DNA from: Octopus sinensis | Taxonomy: Eukaryota | Assembly: GCF_006345805.1 (NCBI RefSeq) | Contig: NC_043008.1 | Span: forward strand, 16,864,001-16,928,000 | Direction: 5' to 3' | DNA length: 64,000 nucleotides | Made by a program: the position numbers and the translations under genes | Shown: positions 12,810 through 25,227 of the stretch, one piece after another | Layout of the letters: every line of letters starts with the position of its first letter | Numbering within the stretch: the stretch's first letter is position 1 | The notes under the pieces: generated by a model | The model's database searches: none | What the model saw: the letters and a program-made list of their open reading frames with translations, nothing else | What the model was told of the DNA's origin: nothing

Positions 12810-13030
12810 ACGTTACTGTGCCATATCCGAGGACACACGATGCCAGTGTCCCGATTTCCATAGTGTATTAGAGACCAAGATCCAGCAAACCGCCTGTCCT
12901 TCGCAAGATGATTCATGCGTAACTGAGTGGAAAGCAGAAACTTGAAATGAAGTGATTTGCTCAAAAAACAAACAAAAAAAAACACGATGCTGCACCAGGT
13001 TGGAATTGAAACCGCAATCTAGCGCTACAA
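12810..13030 (-). mobile_element. Old tRNA-derived SINE related to the 62996 element
   Basis: Minus strand shows GGTTTCAATTCC (B-box-like), then GAGCAAATCACTTCATTTCAAG..TTTCCACTCAGTT, resembling 63085-63130. Confidence 0.55.
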
Positions 13031-13548
13031 GTCTTCATTTGAGAGGGTTAATGAAAGAGAGAAGAATTAAACATAGACACAAAGCAACGAATATGAGCGA
13101 GAGTTAAGCACTTAAGTCATCGCTGTATTTCGCTGCTGATGTTTTATTTTTGCCCGAAGTATAAATTGTAAAGTCAATGTTTGCGGTCTTTGAACTCAAG
13201 AGGTAAAGGGACAAATACCGCGAGGCAATTTGTGAGAAGCGACAGCTTTTCTTCCAATTCCATAGTATTTTCTCTAATAAATGAATTACATCGTAAAATA
13301 AATTGGGTTTTTTTTTCTAATTTCTGGTTCACGACCAAGAATTTTGAGAGGAGAAAGAAATCGATTGCATTGTGTTTAGTGCTGACGTGGAACTTATTTT
13401 ATCGACCCCGAAAAGAGGAATAGCAGAGTCAACTTTAGCGGTATTAGAACGCAGAACATAAACATATAGAAGAAATGCTGCTAAGCTTTTATCTTGCATT
13501 CTTACAGTGCAGCCTGCTCGCAGCATAATTGTAGCAATACATTTATAA

Positions 13549-13853
13549 TTATTTGTTCCTTCTCGAGCCATCCCTAGCTCATAAGGGCCGGTTTCCCGGT
13601 TTCCTTGGCGTATAGGTTACCCACCGGACGGGACACCGGTCCGTCGTAGGTGAGCTGCAAGATGCAGGTGGAAAGAGTGAGAGAAAGTTGTGGCGAAAGA
13701 GTCAGCAGAAGTTCGCCATTACCTTCTGCCGGAGCCGCGTGGAGCTTAGGTGTTTCGCTCATAAACACACACATCACCCGGTCTGAGATTCGAGCCTGCG
13801 ATCTCTCGACCGCGAGTCCGGCTGCTCTAATCACTAGGCCATGTGCCTCCACA
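13549..13853 (-). mobile_element. Family C tRNA-derived SINE, full length, with 10-bp TSD
   Basis: Head GGAGGCACATGGCCTAGTGATTAG; B box GCTCGAATC; TSD ACATTTATAA at 13539-13548 and 13854-13863. Confidence 0.9.
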
Positions 13854-15079
13854 ACATTTATAAATAAAGTGTATAAAAACGTAAAACATCGCATTTTATT
13901 TCAAGGAACCCACTCAAAAAAAATATGGGTGTTAAGAGCTAGGGACATCACTTAGAACTCCAGTGTCAAACTTGATTCAGTCTCCTCAATGACGGATACT
14001 CTGGACATTCTGAGCTGTACTCCAAATGCATTTTTAATATAGAAATCAATAAATAAAACATTTTATTATTCGTGAGAAAGCTTGTCAGGCTAAAATCTAA
14101 TTAATATATACACTTAAAAACAACCAAAGCCTAAACGATAGACATGTATACGTTTATAATATGTATACAAACTTAGACAGTCACTACTTCTAATATTTCG
14201 TCTTAGAAAAAATATCGAATACACTGGATAATTTTTTTCTACAATAATCACAATGGCATAAATTCTGAGGTGAGGGTTCTAGTAATTACATCGACCCCAG
14301 TGCTCAACTGGTAGTTTGTTCATTGACCGAAGAGGAATAAAAATTCAAAACGTAAAATCGGTCGAAATTCCGTTAAATTAATTTGTCTGTCTTGCTAACG
14401 ATTCTACCAGTTAACCGTCTTAAATACGTTGGATAATACAAACTTAGACAGGGTGGTCACATTTGGAAAGATTTAGACTTGAAGTTTATTCGATCAAATA
14501 TGTGACTAATGAAAAACACCTATCCATTAATGTTCTGAGTGGTTACTTAAGCTGTTTGAACTAACCATTAAATCTGCCTACGTAGCACGCAGAACTGCAT
14601 GAGTAAAAAGGCGACATACATTTGATATCGGTAGTCACACTTTCAAACAAAATAAAACCGGCTGGAATGTTTTTGATCATGTCTGCTTCTTCAAGTTCCA
14701 CCTAGGGCTAAAATACTATAATAACATCAACACTCAAAACCAACAACAATAACAACGAAACTATAATAAAATTATTATAAAATATTTTTGATATTTTTTC
14801 AAAATATTGTCAACATTTCAACTGTTGTTTTTCAATCTGATTGTTATTTATTTAACATTATTCTTCTGCTTAGCGTTACTTGTTATTTTGGCAGCCATTG
14901 TTATGATTAATATAATTTCTTGTTCTTTCCTTCGGAGATACTATATATTGATATTTTTTTCCTTTTGTTTTTCTATTTTTCCAATCTTTTGTTTATGTAT
15001 ATCGCAGCACTAGACCTACATGCATAGCAACACACTACATATGTAGAAACATACATAAATACGCACTATATACACACAT

Positions 15080-15193
15080 TTTATATACAAGTAGAATATA
15101 TATATATACTGAGAGAGAGAGGAGAGGGAGATCAAGATATATATATATATACACATATATATATACGTATATATATATATATATATATAGTGT

Positions 15194-15227
<34 letters not shown>

Positions 15228-15420
15228 GTATATATATATATATATATATATATACGTCTATATATAGATATATAATATATACATATATATATATATCATC
15301 TATATAATATATATATATATATACATATCTATATATATACATATAATAATATATATACATAATCTATATATATAGATATATATATACATATATATATATA
15401 TACATATCATATATATGTAC

Positions 15421-15455
<35 letters not shown>

Positions 15456-15486
15456 CCTATCTATATATATATACATATATATATAC

Positions 15487-15518
<32 letters not shown>

Positions 15519-15522
15519 CTAT

Positions 15523-15571
<49 letters not shown>

Positions 15572-15600
15572 TATATATTTAGATAGATATATTTAAAGAT
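15080..15600. repeat. Long (TA)n-rich microsatellite
   Basis: Seen directly. Confidence 0.95.
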
Positions 15601-15877
15601 ATGTGTGTGTATATCTATATGTTTGTATGTTGTGTGTTTGTATGATTGTGTGTCTGAAGTAAACTGCGTTTGCGAAATGTGACGATGCGAAAGTAGGGCA
15701 GCTTTTTATTCTAAAACACTGAGCACAGTGACAAAATTCGCCAGACGTGAATGTCTGATATTAAATAACTACTTCTATCTTCGCCTAGAAATTGGCAAAC
15801 TTGAAACACTTGCATTTAGTATGTTTATACAACTTCTAGTTTCAATCTAATCAATGGACAATCTTGTTCTACAATTT

Positions 15878-15933
<56 letters not shown>

Positions 15934-16269
15934 TTCTTATTATATTTACAATCAGTTATTCCTTCACAAAATTTCAGAGATTTGGTTTTAGCCATTCTGG
16001 AGCAGAGGTATCAAAGATATTAGTCTTTAATATTGGCTTCAAATTTTAGCTTGGGGACAGCAAGTTCGAGAGACAGCAAGATGTAATTCGATTAATCGAC
16101 CCAGTGCTCAACTGGTACTTATTTTATCGACCTTGAAAGGATGAAATGCAAAGTCCACCTTGGCGTGCTAACGATTCAACCAGCCTGTCGCCTTATGTAA
16201 TTCTTTAATTTTAACCGCAGTGACCACTGTACGTGTCTGCCTCGTAGTTATTTTATCAAATTCTCTTGG

Positions 16270-16306
16270 TGGGGGGGGGACAAGCACAGACACGCAAATA
16301 TACCCT

Positions 16307-16337
<31 letters not shown>

Positions 16338-16508
16338 CCATATATATCCATATATACGACGAGCTTCTTTCATTTTCCGTCTATCAAATTTACTCACAAG
16401 GCTTTGGTCGTCCCGAGGCTATAGTGGAAGACACTTGCCCAAGGTGCCACGCAGAGGGACTGAACTCGTAACGATACGGTTGGTAAGCCACTCCCACGCC
16501 ACTCCTAC
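16270..16508 (-). mobile_element. Family A SINE, 5' half
   Basis: Reverse complement of the family A head, CORE-like segment and microsatellite. Confidence 0.85.
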
Positions 16509-16725
16509 ATTTTGGAAAATTAACATTCAACAAATTATTCATTTGTCTAGCTTTGATTCACGTGTATAATGAGATGAAAGCAAAATACTGAGGAATTCGG
16601 TAGCGGAGTTTACAGAAATGATACTGATGGAGTTATTTTTAATTTTTGGGAAGTGAAGGCGACGTGCCAGGAGCATCGTTTGCGCATCGGAGAAATTGCT
16701 TAGCGGCATTTCTCCATTTTTATAG

Positions 16726-17033
16726 GTGCAGGAGTGGCTGTGTGGTGAGTAGCTTGCTTACCGACCACATGGTTCTGAGTTCAGTCCCACTGCGTGGAAT
16801 CTTGGGCAAGTGTCTTCTAATATAGCCTCGGGCCGACCAAAGCCTTGTTAGTGGAAAATGGTAGACGGAAACTAGAAGAAGCCCGTCGTATATATATGTA
16901 TATGTATATATATGTGTGTGTTTGTGAATAAGCATAAGGCTTACAAAGAATAAGTCCTGGGGTTGATTTCCTCGACTAAAGGCGGTACTCCAGCATGGCC
17001 ACAGTCAAATGACTGAAACAAGTAAAGAGAGTA
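16726..17033 (+). mobile_element. Family A SINE with deletion 3' of the microsatellite
   Basis: GCAGGAGTGGCTGTGTGG head through to the GACTGAAACAAGTAAAGAG tail; the CCGATGCTGG...AGAATAAGTA segment is missing. Confidence 0.88.
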
Positions 17034-17884
17034 TCTGTTTCCGTCTACATTTTCAACATCACTGAATTCGAATTTGACTCTCCCACTCTCGAAATAAGTA
17101 CCATCTGAGCCTTGAGGTGGATGTAATCGACTTAGCACTGTACCCTCAAAATTGCTGGACTTGGACCAAAAATTCAATCGAATTACTTTTTTTTCCAAAA
17201 TGAACGTGGGATTTGAAAGAAATTTTCTAAACGATTTTTGCCAGTGAAAGCACTTCTCTTAATCCAAATCCAAATATTGTTTTGTATATTTTACAACTTC
17301 GTTGTTTCAGCAGCCAGGATTTTTAGGTTATCGTTTTTATCATTTTTATTCTATGTACTCGGTTGATCGCGAAATAATCAATAAGTTTACCTGGTAACGT
17401 CATACAAACATATCAAAGTAAAATTATGAAATCACCAAAATATGACTTTATAAACAACGCATATTAAAAAAAGAATTAGAAATATATATAAAAGAAACAA
17501 CAGCCATCTCAATGCCAAAATTGCAGAAGTAAAACAGCACTGCAAAGAATGGAACCATACAATAATAATTTTATACATTCACATTGATATTTCTCCGGTA
17601 TTTACAGTCTTTGTACTGAGAGTTAACCTATCTATAGATCTCTTTATTGGATCGATGCAATACAATTACAACTGTATCAGCTACAAATTAAGGAAAGACA
17701 CGTTAAAAATCTACGACGATTTTCAATCAATATCAAAGTCAATGTAATTACTTGTCTGTTCTGTATTGCTATGTCATTTATAAAATACTTATTGTTATTT
17801 CCTGTCAAAGGAAATACTGAGTTGTTTTCTTTTTTTCTTCTTTTCGTTTCTGTGAGCTGAACGTTGACTACAGGAAAATTACTT

Positions 17885-17915
<31 letters not shown>

Positions 17916-18093
17916 GCATATATATCAATATCAATATGTATGTATATGTATATATATACATGCATATATATATATATTTATAAAGATATATATATATATA
18001 TATACATACATATATACATATATATATATACATATATATATATATACATATATATACATATATATACACATATATATATATATACATATATAT

Positions 18094-18142
<49 letters not shown>

Positions 18143-18300
18143 CATATAGATACATACATATATATATGTGTGTGTTTGTGTACATAATAAATGTATAAAT
18201 ATGTGTGCGCGTGTACATATATATATATATATACTTGCATTCATTCACATACACACACAGAAACATATGTGTGTGTGAGTGTGTGTGTGTGTGTCACAGG
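17885..18300. repeat. Compound (CA)n/(TA)n/(TG)n microsatellite
   Basis: Seen directly. Confidence 0.95.
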
Positions 18301-18674
18301 TGTGTTTCCTGTATGAAACACGAATCATTTTTCACATGTAACATCCAAGTTATTTTATGTTTGTATACGCGTGCGCGCACACACACACACATACACACAC
18401 GCACATACACATACGATTGTATGTTAAATTGGCATATATTAACCTAATTTCATCTTTTAATTCTGTCAGTCTATAGACTGCAACAATGCTGGTGCACCGC
18501 CTAGAATGATTTAGTCGAACAATATTTGTATTTAAGCCTTGTTCTTATCCTATCACTCTCCTTTTGCCAGGGACGTAAACAAACCATCAATGGCTGTCAA
18601 GAGATGTAGGTGGGACTAACACGAACAAGGTATATATATATATATTTATTTATTTATTTATTTATATATATAGT

Positions 18675-18900
18675 AGAGGCGCAATGGCCCAGTGGTTAGG
18701 GCAGCGGACTCGCGGTCGCAGGATCGCGGTTTCGATTCTCAGACTGGGCGTTGTGTGTGTTTATTGAGCGAAAACACCTAAAAGCTCTACGAGGCTCCGG
18801 CAGGGGGTGGTGATCCCTGCTGTACTCTTTCACCACAATGGCGGTGCCCCAGCATGGCCACAGCTCAAGAGCTGAAACTGGAAAAACAAAAAACAAAAAA
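18675..18900 (+). mobile_element. Chimeric SINE: family C head and body with a family A-like 3' end
   Basis: GAGGCGCAATGGCCCAGTGGTTAG...CTCTTTCACCACAA joined to TGGCGGTGCCCCAGCATGGCCACAGCTCAAGAGCTGAAAC. Confidence 0.85.
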
Positions 18901-19036
18901 AAAACAAAATATATATATATGTGTGTGTGTGTGTGTGTATGCGTGTGTGTGAATGTGCGTGTGTGTGTGTGAATTTTTAGCGTAATGTGCTAAAAAAAAA
19001 CCAAGGCTGTATAAATATTAGAACATTTATAGTTAG

Positions 19037-19088
19037 GTCTTACAGCTGTTTCCAGGATATTTATTAATAATATCCCTTCATCGGAGAC
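19037..19088 (-). ncRNA. Minimal type I hammerhead-like motif (family H2), core CCGAUGA
   Basis: Minus strand: GTCT-CCGATGA-A-GGGATATT ATTAATA AATATCCT-G-GAAA-CAGCTG-TA-AGAC. Stem I GUCU/AGAC, 8-bp stem II, palindromic stem III ACAGCUGU, GUA site. Confidence 0.6.
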
Positions 19089-19264
19089 GGTGTTAGAGGA
19101 TGGTTAAGTCATAGTTAGTTTCGATCTGATACAAAGTAGTGAGTGAGATGGGGAAAGAAAATAGATGCAAGCTATGTAGGGATATTGAAGTTGTAGATCC
19201 ATTTTTTGGAAGAATGGTATATATGTAAGATTGCAATACCTTATGAGTAAAATCCATAATAGAC

Positions 19265-19326
<62 letters not shown>

Positions 19327-19909
19327 TCAGACAGGCTTATACGCACGAACGTACACAAAAACGAACGCACACACACACACACACATATATACGACGAGCT
19401 TCTCGCAGTTACTGCCTGACAAATCCACTCACAGGAATTGGATGTCCCAAGTTATATTGAAAGATATTTGCCCGTGGTGTTGCACCGTGGCAATGAACCC
19501 AGGATCACATTGTTGAGAAGCAATATTTTTTTACCACACTGCCATATTGTAAAGAATCCAAATGGTTGAAACTTGATGTACATTTCTCAGAAGAAAGCCA
19601 CACGTGTTTCACCCAACACTGATTCAATGTTAAAATTTCAATAAATGAGTCAAATACCCTAAATTTATCAATCCCAAATAACTAAATTTTGCTCTGTTAT
19701 CGTCAACCTGAAAATGTTATTGACTCTCCTGCCTATATTATTTCTGTTAAACATGAATTTAAAACAGTAAGGCCTTAAGAAACGATTTGTTCGACTGAAG
19801 CACTTCAAGCCAGTGCTACAGTATGATCATAGTCCAATGACGAAAGCAAGTAAAAGATGAACGATAACTGTAGTCTTCACCTAAATTTCACCAAGGATCA
19901 AAGTATCAA

Positions 19910-20230
19910 ACGCGCGCGCGCACGATCGGAACCACACACGCACGCGCTCACACACATGCATGCACGCATACACATACACACGCACACTCACGCACGGACG
20001 CAAGCACTCACACAGACGCACACACGCACATACTCACGCACACACACACACACACACACGCACACGAACGCAAATACACACACACGCACACACATGCACG
20101 TACGCATACGCACACACCCACACACTCACATTCACGCATGCACACACACGCACGCACCCACACACGCAAACACATACACACACGCATGCACGTACGCACA
20201 CGCACACGCACACACACCCACACTCACATG
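19910..20230. repeat. Degenerate alternating purine-pyrimidine (CA/CG)n tract
   Basis: CACG/CACA/GCGC repeats over about 320 bp, seen directly. Confidence 0.9.
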
Positions 20231-20989
20231 GAGGTTCGCAATTCTGATCATCTCACGATTGCTTTCTCTCAGATTTCTTGCTGATATGACAAGTATCCTA
20301 ACATGCCCTTCCCTCTCTGCAGCTAAGCCTTACTTCAAATCCCTCCCTTCTTAACTCCACTTCATAATTTTAAGATCTTCTTTAGTGGTCTCCATTGGTG
20401 TTATGAAGTCAGCTCCTCCTCCTCCTCCTCCTCTGTCTCCATACACATTTATAATTAAACATACAATTATATCCCAACGCGCACCGAACAAGTTGCTCCA
20501 AGGCGGAACATATGTTACGATCAAATATTATACGCGACTGTTTGTGTATGCGTCTACGTTAAATGAAACGAACGGCAGAATTAATGAAAGTGCTAAGCAC
20601 AATAGTAAAGTATTTACACTGATCCAGTGATTTGCTACTCGGGTGTTTTACTGACGAGCTTTCTTTCTTCTCTGTTTTCCTTCTTTCCTTTCCTTTTTTT
20701 TTTTTTTGCATTTTTGGCTTTTCATTATTTTCGAATAATGGCGTACGGTCAACCTGGTACTTTTTTAAGGATTCAGTCAATAAATTCGTCCCCCAAACAC
20801 TTGACGCTTGATACTTATCATTACGATTATTTTTTTTTTTTTTACCAAACCACTCGTTTAAGGGGACACTAACAAATCCCATCCAGGAGTCAAACAGTAA
20901 GACAGAAATACAAATTTACCCACACACACGCGCATACAAACACACACACAAATGCATGTACATACATACATAATACAACATACATATAT

Positions 20990-21053
<64 letters not shown>

Positions 21054-21394
21054 GTACCAATTTAACTTGTATTTGTGTAGATATTCAAAGATTTTTGCGC
21101 ATGTAGTATAAAACATTCCTGTAATTTCTAAAATTAATTAAACTGATTTAATTACTGCTTTATAGGATTTTTTGTAAATTATAGAATAACATTCTTTGGA
21201 ACTTTCGAAATATTCTAGGATTCAGGGATTTTTCTATGTAGTCGTATAAATTCAGCCGACATATTATACCATGTTAAATTTATCAATTGTCGAATACTAA
21301 GCCAAAAAAAAACAGCAAACAATAACACAAATAAACGTTAATTTTTTTGAAAATTTTTTTTCCTTTAAAATTAAAAGGAATTTATGTTAAAAAG

Positions 21395-21623
21395 ATTTCT
21401 TTACTACCCACAAGGGGCTAAACACAAAGAAGATAAACAAGGACAGACAAACGGATTAAGTTGATTATATCGACCCCAGCATACAACTGGTACTTATTTA
21501 ATCGACCCCGAAAGGATGAAAGGCAAAGTCGACCTTGGTGGAATTCGAACTCAGAACGTAACGACAGATGAAATACGACTACGCATTTCGCCCGGCGGGC
21601 TAACGATTCTGCCAGCTCGCCGC
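21395..21623 (-). mobile_element. Family B tRNA-derived SINE, full-length monomer
   Basis: Minus strand: GCGGCGAGCTGGCAGAATCGTTAG (A-box-like), GAGTTCGAATTCC (B box), GCCTTTCATCCTTTCGGGGTCGAT central domain (resembles the Meta/MESC SINE domain from memory), tail CCCCTTGTGGGTAGTAAAGAAAT. Confidence 0.92.
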
Positions 21624-21649
21624 TTTATATACCATCGCTAAAGAAGCAC

Positions 21650-22250
21650 ATCATATTTACAATGCTTGGGCCATATTACTGAGTGAAACGAACGGCACTT
21701 CAGTATATATAAAGATCTCAATATTTAATGTACTGTTAAAGTGACATATGACAAATTTGATAAACGTTACTCTTTTAAAGGGTATTTAAAGCTGACTTTT
21801 TTTTTCCTTCCAAATGGCTCAAAATATCACCCTGGAATCCTGTATGCGACGTTTTATCTTTTGAAAATTTCTTATTTTGCTTTGCAGTTGAAAGGAATTA
21901 CCGTTAAATTGGTTTACCTATACAGCATCTCTAAACAAACACGTCATATTTACAATGCTTGGCCGACATTATTGAGTGAAAGGAACGATACTTAAGTGTA
22001 TATATATATATATATATATATATAAAGATCTCTTTTCTGTATAATTTATTGTGTCATGAAACTATAAAATGAAAGAAGATAAGACAAAAAGGTTTGAAGT
22101 AAAAGCAACACGGCAAAAAAAAACAAAAGAAGGTACATAGAACGGCAAATCTCATAAACGTTACTGTTATTGATGGTATTCAACACTGACGTTTTTTCCC
22201 TTCTAAATGTCTCAAAATATCAGCCTGGAATTCTATGTGCGACGTTTGGC
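21650..22250 (+). repeat. Old tandem duplication of a 300-400 bp non-SINE segment
   Basis: CATATTTACAATGCTTGG...TAAAGATCTC at about 21652 and 21944; CGTTACT...CAAAATATCA.CCTGGAAT...GCGACGTTT at about 21765 and 22159. Confidence 0.8.
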
Positions 22251-22467
22251 CACACGTAAGCGAATTTTATCATCAACGCTCAAGCTTCCCTGAATACGTA
22301 CTGCTGAAACTGAGGTACGTTTCTTTTATGCCAGCAGATACAGTAAATTGAAATTATTGCACGGATACCATATTTCCTGACATTACGGATTCTGACGAAA
22401 GTACACTTCCGAAATAGGAGAGTGACACCTTAGTATACATACATACATACATACATTATATATATAT

Positions 22468-22789
22468 TTCAGTCCCACTGCGTGGCACCTTGGGCAAGTG
22501 TCTTCTACTATAGCCTCGTCGGGCCGACCAAAGCCTTGTGAGTGGATTCGGTAGACGGAAACTGAAAGAAGCCCGTCGTATATATGTATATATATATATA
22601 TATATGTATGTATGTGTTTGTGTGTCTGTGTTTGTCCCCCCAATATCGCTTGACAACCGATGCTGGTGTGTTTACGTCCCTGTAACTTAGTACTAGGCTT
22701 ACAAAGAATAAGTTCTGGGTTCGATTTGCTCGACTAAAGGCGGTGCTCCTGCATGGCCACAGTCAAATGACTGAAACAAATAAAAAAGA

Positions 22790-22792
<3 letters not shown>
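22468..22792 (+). mobile_element. Family A SINE, 5'-truncated
   Basis: Starts at TTCAGTCCCACTGCG and runs to the family tail; bounded by (TA)n on both sides. Confidence 0.9.
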
Positions 22793-22814
<22 letters not shown>

Positions 22815-22823
<9 letters not shown>

Positions 22824-23030
22824 CGGGAAAGTTTACGAAAATAAACAAAAGACGAAGGCAGGTGGAGTACAAACAAACAAATGTATTAGTATAGCGCTCA
22901 GGAATAGAAATAGAACAAGACTTTTACGTTTCGAGCCTACGCTCTTCGACAGAAAGATTCACAGAAAAAACAAAGAGAGAAACAAGGAGAGAAAAAAATG
23001 CGTGTAGGAGCTAACAATCTATCATGGCAT
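22815..23030 (-). mobile_element. Family H1 small element inserted in (TA)n, carrying a hammerhead-like motif
   Basis: (TA)n at both ends; homologous to 5345-5500 and 42890-42951. Confidence 0.8.
22921..22956 (-). ncRNA. Minimal type I hammerhead-like motif, variant core CUGUCGA
   Basis: Minus strand: CTTT-CTGTCGA-A-GAGC GTAG GCTC-GAAA-CG-TA-AAAG. Perfect 4-bp stems I and II, palindromic stem III ACGU, GUA site. Confidence 0.6.
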
Positions 23031-23608
23031 ATATATATGGTAGGTGAGAGTAGAATGGAGTAAGTTTTATTGCATGCTTGACGTTGAGAGAAAAATTACT
23101 TTTTCACAAACGTTCACTATCTTACAAAAACTGTATAAGTTAAGCTAATGACCTCTAAATGTATTAAAAAACACTATCACATATTTTTAACACTATTTCA
23201 CAATATTATCGTTCTCTTTGGGCATATAAATGACAAGTGCAATATAAGCTAAATTTGCTTCCTCAGTTCTTTAGAATTATTTTCGCTAAGACTCGTACAC
23301 ATCAATATCTCACCTTAGACATTTAGAACGATCAGACTTGCAATAAAAATTTTATGTATTTAGGTCAAACGAAAGACGATCGTGGAAAAATGGCACAGAA
23401 TGAAATTAATGAAAATCGACTAAATCTGAAAACTCAACATAAGGTATTATCTATAGCTTCTTCTTGATCTGCCGTAGTGGCTCCCTTCATGATACATTTT
23501 ACCCATTTTAGACTTTCGTGTGTGAAAAATTGACCTTTAATCCGATAGAGAAAACAACACTGATTGTCAAACACCAAAAGTTATCCAGATATTTCAGTAG
23601 CAACATCA

Positions 23609-23996
23609 GGAGGCGCAATGGCCCAATGGTTAGGGCAGTGGACTCGCGGTCGGAGGATCCCGGTTTCGATTCCCAGACCGAGCATTGTGTATGTTTATTG
23701 AGCGAAAACACCTAAAGCTCCACGAGGCTCCGGCAGGGGGTGATGGCAACCCCTTTTGTACTCTTTCGCTCCAAATTCCTTCACTCTTTCTTCTTGTTTC
23801 TCGTCCCCGACTTCCTACGCAACTGCTGAGCCTGGATGCGAATTCATCCATCCGTCGATGCTCTCGGTGTCAGGGTTTGACCTGCTTTTTCTTCTGCGGT
23901 TCTTACGAATAGCAAAGGACCACGTTTCGGACTTCTGTCATCTTGCGAACTCTGGGACGAAGACCGTTCGCTCAACAGCAACAGTTCGCTCAACAG
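23609..23996 (+). mobile_element. Family C SINE, full length (388 bp), distinct long tail, 14-bp TSD
   Basis: GGAGGCGCAATGGCCC head; TSD CAGTAGCAAC(A/C)TCA at 23595-23608 and 23997-24010; ends in a duplicated GTTCGCTCAACAG. Confidence 0.9.
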
Positions 23997-25186
23997 CAGT
24001 AGCAACCTCAATTACAATTAAGGATAAATATCTTGAAACAACAGTTACTGTCACCTCACCATGTTTCAAACTCATTCAACTGCAAGAACTATGCTGACCA
24101 ATTTTTTACTCCTAAGTATGATGCAACAGTACAAAATTATAGTGCAATACTTGCACTGTAATGGTTTAAACAGGTAGGGTAAAATTAACGAGAAACGGGG
24201 AATTACTTATTTTGCCCCACTTACCAATTTTGCCACACACACCCCCTATACATGTGATTCCAGTTACACCTTCAAATATAGATTTGTAAATCACGTGTCA
24301 GCCTTCATTTTGTACGTCGGTGAGAACAACATAAAATTTATTTCCAGCGCTTCCTTATTTCATAGAATGCTATAATGCAATTTCTTTACTTTTTTCCAAT
24401 TTTTAAATATATTTATATTTTTTCCCACATTTTAAATTATTTCTTTCTTTTTTGCTAATACAGCAAAATCTAGTTAATTTAGTTTCATTCGACCGTTCAT
24501 ATTAAGAAATAGTTCATCTTCATAGAAATTCTGCAGGGGATGTTTTTTAATGTTTTATTATATTATGTATTAGTTGAGTTTGTTTCCTTTGTCTCTTTTG
24601 ATTTCGCTTTTCTTTCTTTTTTTTTTTTTGGCAAACTCTCTAAAGCTTCAAAAATTATATATATATATATATACATACCATACTTTCATTCATTCTATTT
24701 TTCCTTCTCTTTCTGTCTCTCTCTCTCTCTCACACACACACAAACGCACTCTCTTTCCCTCTGAATGTATGTGCGTATATGTAGTATTCAATATTGCCTT
24801 TTCGCGTTGCGTTAATTCGGATTTTATATGCTGTTAAGAGCGTATAATATGCGCTGTCAAATGAAAAGCTTTCGGGGAAACAAAACATGATATAGAATAT
24901 CCATTTCCTAGTTGCCTTTTTAACGGCCAATTACTTATATGTCTGAGCCTTTTAAAGGGGTGTACATGCTATGGAGTACATTTTAAATCATTCCCTGCCG
25001 GCAATAAGAAAAAATAGATAAATAATTAAAATCGTGGATGCGTGGTTCAGAAGCTTGCTTCCAAACCATCTGGTATTGGAAGCTGTTTCACCGTATAGCT
25101 CTTTTAGCTAGTGTCTTCTATTAAGTACCAGGGCTGACCAAAATCTTGTGAGTGGACTTAGAAGATGAAAAGCCTACCGAGTGTGT

Positions 25187-25227
<41 letters not shown>

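Noticed and set aside
13549-13853. SINE heads as true tRNA genes, or periodic repeats as CRISPR arrays
   Set aside because: The heads have A/B boxes but no complete cloverleaf and run into SINE bodies. The tandem repeats lack unique spacers, and the DNA is eukaryotic.
22391-22432. CTGACGA...CGAAA hammerhead-like spacing
   Set aside because: Stem II is out of register and stems I and III do not close.
23756-24097. 113-aa ORF and other ORFs inside SINE copies (824, 13574, 30258, 37827, 48708)
   Set aside because: They lie within TSD-bounded or multi-copy non-coding SINEs.
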